The position numbers and the translations under genes were made by a program. From the IMG/VR virus record IMGVR_UViG_3300032030_002018: DNA of 64,000 nt. One strand, 5' to 3'. The notes beneath the pieces are model-generated. The model did no database searches. It was not told the origin of the DNA and saw only the letters and a list, made by a program, of their open reading frames with translations. Positions 9,511 to 16,522 of the stretch are shown one piece after another; positions within the stretch are counted from its first letter, which is position 1, and each line of letters opens with the position of its first letter. This stretch comes from a virus. Its lineage: Duplodnaviria > Caudoviricetes.

Positions 9511-10134
9511 CTTTATATACCTTTATTTTTAAGGTCTTCTACAACATATAATAATATTTTTTTATTTTACCTAAGTTGTATATACCTTTATTTTTAAGGT
9601 CTTCTACAACATACTCCTACCTTTCTTTTCTGATTCTATGTTGTATATACCTTTATTTTTAAGGTCTTCTACAACATTATTGCAAAAGTCTGCTACGATT
9701 CATAGTTGTATATACCTTTATTTTTAAGGTCTTCTACAACATTTTCTAACTATCGAACCATAAGGCATCTGTTGTATATACCTTTATTTTTAAGGTCTTC
9801 TACAACACATTCGCTAACAAATCCTTTGACTTGGCAGTTGTATATACCTTTATTTTTAAGGTCTTCTACAACAGGGGGGGGATGTGTTGATGGTATGTGG
9901 TGTTGTATATACCTTTATTTTTAAGGTCTTCTACAACTTGGTGCTATGCTTTCAAGGATAAGTTTAAGTTGTATATACCTTTATTTTTAAGGTCTTCTAC
10001 AACTCATTTGGAGACATCCTTTTAGAACCTTCGTTGTATATACCTTTATTTTTAAGGTCTTCTACAACCACCAAGACATTATATAAATGGTGCAAAGAGT
10101 TGTATATACCTTTATTTTTAAGGTCTTCTACAAC
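9510..10134 (-). CRISPR. CRISPR array: 10 repeats of 36 bp (GTTGTAGAAGACCTTAAAAATAAAGGTATATACAAC), 9 spacers of 29-30 bp
   Basis: Identical repeats start (+ coordinates) at 9575, 9640, 9705, 9771, 9837, 9902, 9968, 10033 and 10099; degenerate repeat at 9510-9545 taken as the trailer, implying minus-strand transcription. Confidence 0.97.
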
Positions 10135-10180
10135 CTATGACGCATAACTCTTTATTTGTCAGTTGTTTATGACCATTTTT

Positions 10181-10340
10181 GTGATGTAAAAGACCATTAT
10201 TTTAAGGTCGTGGCATTCATTTTGCCACAGTTTTTCTGTTTCATTCTACCACTACTTTTTAGCGAATTGTTTCCAATTGGGTCATCCATAGTTGGGTAGT
10301 CCGCAGACTTAACATCCCCGATACACCTGGGTAGGGTTTT
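10181..10340 (-). ncRNA. Putative tracrRNA derived from a TnpB omegaRNA (copy C)
   Basis: 10230-10335 aligns with omegaRNA copies A and B; hairpin GUGGCA...UGCCAC; anti-repeat GACCUU-AAAA-UAAUGGUCUUUUACAUC at 10183-10209. Confidence 0.75.
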
Positions 10341-10359
10341 TAATTGTTTTCCTTCAATG

Positions 10360-11604
10360 TTATTTTGTTTCTGTCAGAATTCTATATCCTTCGTTCCTGA
10401 TATTTATCGCTGCATTTATATCCCTATCGTGTTCTATTCCGCATTGTGGGCATTTCCACATTCTTATTTTTAAGTTCTTTAATTCCTTGTTTTGATATCC
10501 ACAATTTGAGCATATCTGAGAACTTGGATAAAATCTGTCTATAACAGATAAGTTCTTTCCGTACCAATCACACTTATATGTAAGTTGTCGTCTCATTTCT
10601 CCCATATTGGCGTTTGTTATTGATTTTGCTATATGGTGATTTTTGACCATTCCCTTGACATTCAAATCCTCAATGCAAATAGTGTTGATGTTATCATTAT
10701 TCTTCGCCACATATGAAGTGATTTGGTGTGTATTGTAATTTCTTTTACCTGCTATTCTATTTTGTAATTTTGCAATCTTGTCTTTAAGTTTAATGTAATT
10801 TTTAGAAGGAACTTTAACCTCAACATCCTTGTTATACTTGTGTGAAAACACTGTCTCACCGGTTTTTATCCATTTTTTCTTGGATAGTTTTCTTTCAAGT
10901 TTTTTAAGTCTTTTTTCAAGTTTGGAATCCTTTTCATTCGTCGGAAATTTTGTGCCGTCAGACGTAATGGCATTTGAGTCTGTCTTAACACCCATATCAA
11001 TTCCAATAGATTTTTCTATTGATGGAGTTTCCTTTTCTTTTGCCTTAAAATCGTCATCGCATAGAATTGATATTTCATAGTAATCAAATGATTTCTTTGA
11101 AATAGTAAATTGGGTGATTCTACCCTGTATTTTTTTATGCAGTATAATTTTCACCCAATGAGGATGTCTTGGATTTTGTGGGTTAACAATTCTTACAAGA
11201 GATTTTTTGAAATTGAAAATCTTTTTGTTATCAGTTTCTTGTATTTGTATTGCAAATGAATTTCCGTATTTTTTACTTTTAAACCTAGGTTCATCCGCAA
11301 GTTTTTTAAACCATCTATCAAAAGCAGAATCAAGGTTTGACGCTGTATATATATAAGATATAGCTGGTGCTACCTTTAAAAATTCTGTATCTTGATTTCT
11401 TTTCAATACAGGAAGGTCTCTTGACACATCATATTGTGCGCTTAAGTGTTTTTTAGCTGTATCATTGTCTTTGTTTTCTTGATAATGTTTTTTTATTTTC
11501 TCTAAACAGTAATTCCACCACCAAACATTTGACTTAAAACATTTGTCAAAATATTCTTTTTGTTCATCGTTAGGATATATCCTGTATTTATATGCTCTTT
11601 TCAT
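10360..11604 (-). CDS. CRISPR-associated TnpB/Cas12f-like RNA-guided nuclease (414 aa)
   Basis: AYKYRIYP N-terminus; RuvC-I GIDMG, RuvC-II IEDL, Zn finger CSNC/CPQC, RuvC-III DRDINAA; adjacent array; no adjacent transposase. Confidence 0.9.
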   Translation of the reverse strand: MKRAYKYRIYPNDEQKEYFDKCFKSNVWWWNYCLEKIKKHYQENKDNDTAKKHLSAQYDVSRDLPVLKRNQDTEFLKVAPAISYIYTASNLDSAFDRWFKKLADEPRFKSKKYGNSFAIQIQETDNKKIFNFKKSLVRIVNPQNPRHPHWVKIILHKKIQGRITQFTISKKSFDYYEISILCDDDFKAKEKETPSIEKSIGIDMGVKTDSNAITSDGTKFPTNEKDSKLEKRLKKLERKLSKKKWIKTGETVFSHKYNKDVEVKVPSKNYIKLKDKIAKLQNRIAGKRNYNTHQITSYVAKNNDNINTICIEDLNVKGMVKNHHIAKSITNANMGEMRRQLTYKCDWYGKNLSVIDRFYPSSQICSNCGYQNKELKNLKIRMWKCPQCGIEHDRDINAAINIRNEGYRILTETK

Positions 11605-12050
11605 TTTCTGTTAAAATGAGGGTGTCTCATAAAACGCTTGAATTGCTTCCTTGATTCATAATATTTTGCGACTTTGAACTCCTTGTCATATACATATCCA
11701 CAGTATATTCCACCGTTATCATACCATAATATTACTCGGCGTTCATCCTCTTTTACATTGAACTCAAAATGTCTTCCAAAACAATAGCTGTTATATAGCA
11801 CAATAGCCATAGAACCATCAGAAGTCTTCTTGATAATCATTTTGTCCTTATGAGGAACTGGTGCCATATAATCACCATTCCCTAATGATATGAACTCATC
11901 ATTATCAATGTCCTTGTCAAAATGAATCATAATACGCTCAATGGGTAATGAATCAACTACCTCATACTTTGAAAAATCAAATGGTTTCATTTGAGCGAAT
12001 ACAAACGAAGATATTGAAAATACAACTAAACTTAAAATGAACTTTTTCAT
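11601..12050 (-). CDS. Hypothetical exported protein
   Basis: Signal peptide MKKFILSLVVFSISSFVFA; stop overlaps the nuclease ATG (ATGA). Confidence 0.7.
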   Translation of the reverse strand: MKKFILSLVVFSISSFVFAQMKPFDFSKYEVVDSLPIERIMIHFDKDIDNDEFISLGNGDYMAPVPHKDKMIIKKTSDGSMAIVLYNSYCFGRHFEFNVKEDERRVILWYDNGGIYCGYVYDKEFKVAKYYESRKQFKRFMRHPHFNRK

Positions 12051-12072
12051 AAAAACTATATATTAAAAAGAT

Positions 12073-12202
12073 AACCGCGTGACGGAATCGAACCGTCATC
12101 TTTCGATTACAAGTCGAATGTTAAAACAGGAAAATTGCTGTTAGTCGCTTTAAAATATCATCAAACGGCATTTACAATATTCTACCATTGAACTAACGCG
12201 GT
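12073..12202 (-). tRNA. tRNA-Thr(UGU)-like gene with ~59-nt insertion between D arm and anticodon arm
   Basis: Perfect acceptor ACCGCGT/ACGCGGT, D arm, anticodon arm TTCGA-CTTGTAA-TCGAA, T arm; insert 12119-12177 contains ACAGCAAT. Confidence 0.75.
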
Positions 12203-12219
12203 TATATATTGTTAAACAA

Positions 12220-12444
12220 TCAATTACATTCAAAAATCTCAATGTTCATCCTATACTTACCTTCCTTGTTTGGACATTGTGATTCATCCCTTTCCTCAAT
12301 GAAAGTTTTCAGACTATGTATATTTCTTTCAATGAATGATTCTAAACTATCTTCTTCACAAGAGAATGTCTGTGAACCATATAATAGTTTGTCTTTTAAA
12401 TTGCGCTTTATAAGTTCAGCACCCAATTCCTCAAAAATACCCAT
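12220..12444 (-). CDS. Hypothetical protein
   Basis: 74-aa ORF within the tRNA region, same strand. Confidence 0.55.
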   Translation of the reverse strand: MGIFEELGAELIKRNLKDKLLYGSQTFSCEEDSLESFIERNIHSLKTFIEERDESQCPNKEGKYRMNIEIFECN

Positions 12445-12470
12445 ATATAAAGTTAATTAAAAAGTAATTG

Positions 12471-12559
12471 TTGCGGGAGAAGGATTCGAACCTTACGTCC
12501 GGTTTTTGTCCCGGTCCAGTTTATGAGGCTGGCGAGTTTGACCACTACTCTATCCCGCG
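12471..12559 (-). tRNA. Atypical tRNA(CAU) with C1:A72 mismatch and long variable arm
   Basis: CGCGGGA/TCCCGCA acceptor, CTCATAA loop, CCGG...CCGG variable stem. Confidence 0.75.
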
Positions 12560-12572
12560 ATATAACTATTTG

Positions 12573-12657
12573 ACAAGGTTGCAGGAGTCGAACCTGCTAT
12601 CTTCAGATTTGGAAGTCTGATATGGTAAAATGTAATATCCGTTCCACTCAACCTCTC
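12573..12657 (-). tRNA. Degenerate tRNA-like element (8-nt loop CUUCCAAA, Gly/Trp-like)
   Basis: Good T arm GCAGG-TTCGACT-CCTGC and anticodon stem TCAGA/TCTGA; poor 5' half. Confidence 0.45.
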
Positions 12658-12665
12658 TTATAAGG

Positions 12666-13000
12666 CAGACAAAACAACCATATGGCAAATCTGTACAGTC
12701 AAGGCAGTTCCACATCTTCATCGCCCTAGGGATGACCATCTACGCTGCTACGTATTATCAGCAGAGTTGTGCCTTATTCACCACTTAGGTTCTTCCATTA
12801 TTTAACAATGCAAGGTTTTTAGAATCGCCTTGAACGGTAACGATGAAACTCCTTTCATCCCTCATTGCACTTAACTTCGATTGTAACGCTAATTTAAGAT
12901 TTTTCTAAATGACTATGAATACAATATTATAAACTCCACGTCGTAATCGATATTAGGAAGACATAGATAAGCGTTTTCACAAACTTACTGGTTTTGTCTG
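12666..13000 (-). ncRNA. Unidentified ~335-nt structured RNA candidate
   Basis: No listed ORF; bounded by a 10-bp terminal stem CAGACAAAAC/GTTTTGTCTG; internal hairpins; lies between tRNAs. Confidence 0.5.
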
Positions 13001-13008
13001 GTATATTG

Positions 13009-13083
13009 TGGAGCCACAGGGACTTGAACCCTGAACCTTCTGCGTGCAAAGCAGATGCTCTAGCCAAACTGAGCTATGACCCC
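13009..13083 (-). tRNA. tRNA-Ala(UGC)
   Basis: GGGGTCA/TGGCTCC-A acceptor with G3:U70; TCTGC-TTTGCAC-GCAGA. Confidence 0.93.
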
Positions 13084-13093
13084 AATATAATTA

Positions 13094-13253
13094 AGCATCC
13101 AATATGTGACCTAAACTGCACTCCTATGGAATTACCCAATGGTCTGTTGCCTATGAACGGATTCACTTTGCGTGCGTGAGTTGTCTCTTTCAGTGAGGCT
13201 CAAGGTTTCAGGGCTGTCACACGGTACTATAAACCTTTTTTCCCTTGGATGCT
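13094..13253 (-). ncRNA. Unidentified ~160-nt structured RNA candidate
   Basis: Terminal stem AGCATCCAA/TTGGATGCT plus inner TGTGAC/GTCACA stem. Confidence 0.5.
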
Positions 13254-13265
13254 AATATATTTGAC

Positions 13266-13324
13266 AGGAGACATTTAACAAAAACCCTGATTTATTTAAT
13301 AAAAAGAATTGCTGTAAGTCTCCT
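13266..13324 (-). ncRNA. ACAGCAAU-motif RNA (Y-RNA-like candidate)
   Basis: AGGAGAC-TT-ACAGCAAT...GTCTCCT. Confidence 0.65.
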
Positions 13325-13351
13325 TATTTATTTCCTATTTAATCACACAAC

Positions 13352-13413
13352 GGGAACTGATTTTTTCTGATGCATTTCAAGTACATTTAATAATAAAATT
13401 GCTGTAAGTTCCC
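13352..13413 (-). ncRNA. ACAGCAAU-motif RNA with an anticodon-like hairpin
   Basis: GGGAACT-T-ACAGCAAT...ATGTA-CTTGAAA-TGCAT...AGTTCCC; begins just after a promoter. Confidence 0.65.
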
Positions 13414-13429
13414 TAATTTTTTAACATTG

Positions 13430-13461
13430 CAAATGTATATTATTTATTTTAAATATCCAAA
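13430..13461 (-). promoter_or_regulatory. Bacteroidota-type promoter
   Basis: TTTG-N20-TACATTTG. Confidence 0.8.
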
Positions 13462-13500
13462 TTTTTGCAAAGTTTTTTTAGTTTTTTTTTAATAACTTTG

Positions 13501-14143
13501 TACGTGTGCCGGGACTCGAACCCGGAACTTGCAGTTTCATACCACTCTATGTTACCATAGCCAAACACTCTAAAATTCTTGCATTATTATCCCTATAGTT
13601 TTATGCTGCTCTTAGAGGGATTGCCTAAAAACTTGTGTTTGTTGTGGTCTGGGCTGTCTCTGTACCATATTGAAATTCTTGCAAGATATGAGTGTAGTTT
13701 CTATAACTACCAAGAGCAGTCCCTGTACTGCTGCTTTCAACGTCTTAAGGTTTTAACTTTATACTCATAAATTTCAACTTAGGTATCTCCCGTTCAGTCT
13801 CTACACGATTATAGCTTATTCTCTCCCCTTATTACCATCACTTCTGTAGAGAGTTTACCCACCCGATATAAGCCATTTTCGCTCGGTGTTGTCCTTACAC
13901 ATTATTGTTTAGTGTCCTGTTTATTCAATAAGTATTTCTCAGGGGAGGGTTTCCACCTCCAATTATGCAAACCATAAAGGCATTTTACTGCATACGTCAA
14001 TCGTTTCACTTTCGCCACCTGGGGTCCATCATACTTATCTAAAGGATTTCCACCGAATTTAGGAGATTCTACATAGGGATTTCTCGCCTATGCATCCAAT
14101 TTTAATAGAAGACTGCTATTCTATCCAGTTGAATTACACACGT
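13501..14143 (-). tRNA. tRNA-Arg(UCU) interrupted by a group I intron
   Basis: Exon 1 14107-14143 (..GCAGT-CTTCT) and exon 2 13501-13537 (AA-ACTGC..) join into a canonical cloverleaf. Confidence 0.88.
13538..14106 (-). ncRNA. Group I intron (569 nt) inserted after anticodon U36
   Basis: U before the 5' splice site, terminal G, core motifs AAATTCGGTGGAA, GTAGAGACTGAACGG and AGAGACAGCCC; homologous to the intron at 15537-16054. Confidence 0.85.
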
Positions 14144-14157
14144 CTGTGTTTTTTTTG

Positions 14158-14228
14158 ATGCCCCAGAACGAGTCGGACGTTCCTAACAAGAGCCAAAATC
14201 TTGTGCATTACCGCTATGCTATAGGGCA
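14158..14228 (-). tRNA. tRNA-Gln(UUG)
   Basis: TGCCCTA/TGGGGCA; CAAGA-TTTTGGC-TCTTG; T loop TCCGACT. Confidence 0.85.
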
Positions 14229-14233
14229 GTATC

Positions 14234-14347
14234 AGGTATCTATAAAACAACTGGAGTTGCAGGATTCGAACCTACGTATCATCATTATTAGTGACGCATC
14301 TTAACCTCTTGATTAAACTTCACGTTTTAGATTGCTGTAAGATACCT
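14234..14347 (-). ncRNA. ACAGCAAU-motif RNA enclosing a tRNA-like domain (anticodon AAU)
   Basis: AGGTATCT-TACAGCAATC-TAAAAC-[cloverleaf 14251-14322]-GTTTTA-T-AGATACCT. Confidence 0.75.
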
Positions 14348-14351
14348 TTTG

Positions 14352-14424
14352 TAGCCGGCACGGGATTCGAACCCGTATGGGCAGAATGAAAATCTGCAAT
14401 CCTAACCTGTTAGATGAACCGGCC
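14352..14424 (-). tRNA. tRNA-Glu(UUC)
   Basis: GGCCGGT/GCCGGCT; GCAGA-TTTTCAT-TCTGC. Confidence 0.9.
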
Positions 14425-14430
14425 ATCAAG

Positions 14431-14503
14431 AGCGGAAGACGAGATTTGAACTCGCAACTTTCAGCTTGGAAGGCTGACGCTCTGCCAATTGAGTTACTTC
14501 CGC
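14431..14503 (-). tRNA. tRNA-Gly(UCC)
   Basis: GCGGAAG/CTTCCGC-T; TCAGC-CTTCCAA-GCTGA. Confidence 0.93.
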
Positions 14504-14505
14504 AT

Positions 14506-14652
14506 ACTGTACGCTAAATTCTGAACAAACTTGTCTGTTCATTATTAACTTCTTGTTTCATCCTACCACTACTTTTTAGTACCTCATAGCTGAGTGTGTC
14601 ATCCATAGGAGGGCAGTCCGCAAGCGTAAATTCGGGTGTACAGCACCCTACG
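14506..14652 (-). ncRNA. Orphan TnpB omegaRNA scaffold (copy B)
   Basis: Aligns along its length with 6648-6790; hairpin GGGUG-CUGUA-CACCC whose loop pairs with the 3' UACAG; no tnpB ORF. Confidence 0.75.
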
Positions 14653-14687
14653 TTTAATAGATAAATACTCATTTTTTATTTACAATG

Positions 14688-14719
14688 CAAATGTACACTA
14701 TTTATTTGTAAAAAACAAA
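14688..14719 (-). promoter_or_regulatory. Bacteroidota-type promoter
   Basis: TTTG-N20-TACATTTG upstream of the orphan omegaRNA and tRNA run. Confidence 0.8.
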
Positions 14720-14736
14720 TTTTCAAACTTGAAATA

Positions 14737-14946
14737 TTATGATTTTAACGTTTTTTGCATTTCCTCATCCTCTAAATCATCAAGTTCAGACATTAAATCA
14801 TATAACTTCTCATTTTCAGCCTCATATATCTTTAAACTTTCATTACGATGATATGGATGGTCTATTCCTAATAAAGAATTCCTTACCTTAATACATTGGT
14901 CAGCAATCTCAATTTTCTTCTTTTCAAGTTCTGTTAATCTCTCCAT
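14737..14946 (-). CDS. Hypothetical protein
   Basis: MERLTELEKK portion of the listed ORF; the longer ORF overlaps tRNA-His. Confidence 0.55.
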   Translation of the reverse strand: MERLTELEKKKIEIADQCIKVRNSLLGIDHPYHRNESLKIYEAENEKLYDLMSELDDLEDEEMQKTLKS

Positions 14947-14963
14947 CTTCCAAATCATTTGAG

Positions 14964-15037
14964 GGAGTCTGATAGGATTCGAACCTATGTAAACAAGTGC
15001 CACAAACTTGCACCTAAACCTCTCGGCCACAAACTCC
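14964..15037 (-). tRNA. tRNA-His(GUG) with encoded G-1
   Basis: G-GAGTTTG/CAGACTC-C; CAAGT-TTGTGGC-ACTTG. Confidence 0.88.
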
Positions 15038-15050
15038 ATATATATTTATG

Positions 15051-15123
15051 TGCGCTCTGACAGACTCGGACTGTCAACTCCCAGATTAAAGGTCTGGTAC
15101 TCTGCCAATTGAGTTAAGAACGC
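15051..15123 (-). tRNA. tRNA-Lys(UUU), atypical C33 and T loop
   Basis: CCAGA-CCTTTAA-TCTGG; T loop TCCGAGT. Confidence 0.85.
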
Positions 15124-15130
15124 ATATACG

Positions 15131-15204
15131 CGCCCTGGGATGGGTTCGAACCACCGACATTTTGATTAACAGTCAAACGCTCTAACCAACTGAGCTACCA
15201 GGGC
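15131..15204 (-). tRNA. tRNA-Asn(GUU)
   Basis: GCCCTGG/CCAGGGC-G; TTTGA-CTGTTAA-TCAAA. Confidence 0.92.
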
Positions 15205-15280
15205 AGTTGTTGCAACTTAATTTGTTAAACATCAGAGGTTGCAACTTTGAATGTCCAAAACGCAAGGAAACATTCATTGT

Positions 15281-15366
15281 TGGCTTGGAAGGAATTGAAC
15301 CTTCACAGACATTTCTGTCTCTACATCCTAATTGTAGTGCGTCTCAACCATTTGCGCCACAATACC
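15281..15366 (-). tRNA. tRNA-Leu(UAG), imperfect acceptor stem
   Basis: CTACA-ATTAGGA-TGTAG, long variable arm. Confidence 0.75.
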
Positions 15367-15378
15367 AACATTATCTTT

Positions 15379-15466
<88 letters not shown>

Positions 15467-15476
15467 TGATTGTTTC

Positions 15477-16089
15477 TGGCGGAAGCACTCCGATTCGAAC
15501 GGAGACACCGCTTTGACACGATTACTGGCGGTTTTCCTTACCACTCTATGTTACCATAGCATATTTAACTTGGGTTGGAATTTCACCAACTTGGACAAGG
15601 ACCATTTATCCCTCGCAGCCCCATACATTACTGTCTTACATCGTTAAATATTTGTGGTCTGGACCATCTCTTTACCATATTGAAATTCTTGCAAGAATAT
15701 TGGTGATTCGAACACCTACCTAGTACGATTGCTAGATACCTCATTGCCATTTGAGGAATATAATTTCAACTTAGGTATCTCCCGTTTGGCCTCTACACGA
15801 TTATAAGGCTGTTACCTTCTACATCTATCACCACATAGTATGCTTGTAACATTTTATTGGTTCACCTCATTTTCGTTCGGTATAGTCCTTACACATTATT
15901 GGTTAGTGTGCCTTACGTAAGTTTATCTATGCGTATAGGGATTCAAACCCATCGCCGTTTATAGCATCTGCTTACTTCTCTTGCTAAAAAGGATTTCCAC
16001 CGAATTTAGGAGATTCTACTATGGGATTTCTCGCCATAGCACTCAAATTATATTAAGACCGCTGCCTTACCAATTAGGCTTATGCTTCC
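15477..16089 (-). tRNA. tRNA-Ser(UGA) interrupted by a group I intron
   Basis: Exon 1 16055-16089 (..GCGGT-CTT), exon 2 15477-15536 (GAAA-ACCGC...GCCA). Confidence 0.88.
15537..16054 (-). ncRNA. Group I intron (518 nt) inserted after wobble U34
   Basis: Same core blocks as 13538-14106, with covarying P7-like strands (GGCCA/TGGTC); terminal G. Confidence 0.85.
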
Positions 16090-16100
16090 ATTTATATTTG

Positions 16101-16183
16101 TTGGTGGAGACGGATTCGAACCATCGAAGACTAAAGCCAACAGATTTACAGTCTGTCCCATTTGACCACTCTGGAATCCACCA
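16101..16183 (-). tRNA. tRNA-Tyr(GUA)
   Basis: TGGTGGA/TCCACCA-A; ACAGA-CTGTAAA-TCTGT. Confidence 0.9.
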
Positions 16184-16287
16184 ATTTTTTATGTCACAAT
16201 ATGTCAAAGAACTCAACATTGCAAATGTACACAATTTATTTGTCATTTCCAAATATTTTAACGTATTTTATAAAAATGAATTATTTG

Positions 16288-16359
16288 AGCCTCAATACGG
16301 AAGCGAGCCGTAATTTCAAGATTACAAATCTAGCGTAATAACCTTTATACTATTGAGGC
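16288..16359 (-). tRNA. tRNA-Thr(UGU), atypical T loop
   Basis: GCCTCAA/TTGAGGC; loop TTTGTAA; T loop CTCGCTT. Confidence 0.75.
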
Positions 16360-16522
16360 AAAAAAACCACTCTACACGACTGTACTTTCCATACCTTGTC
16401 ACCTACCTAAGCGCATAATGACTTGTAACATAGTCTTCTGCCTTCCTTCTCAAGCATCTCCATAGGATATTGTTACCTTACCTATAGCCTTCTTGAACCT
16501 TGAATGATTTTTAGTTTAAAAG

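Noticed and set aside
9873-9901. Spacer 6 shares 11 nt (ACCACATACCA) with 6944-6954
   Set aside because: A match this short is expected by chance; not evidence of self-targeting.
9706-9924. 72-aa ORF with repeated LYIPLFLRSSTT
   Set aside because: Translation of CRISPR repeats.
10135-10180. Possible 11th repeat (gttgtttatgaccattttt) after a 27-bp pseudo-spacer
   Set aside because: Only half a repeat with several mismatches and off-size spacing; treated as leader or tracrRNA tail, though a vestigial in-cis guide cannot be excluded.
16362-16520. Possible structured RNA between tRNA-Thr and tRNA-Pro
   Set aside because: Only short local hairpins, no terminal stem and no second copy.
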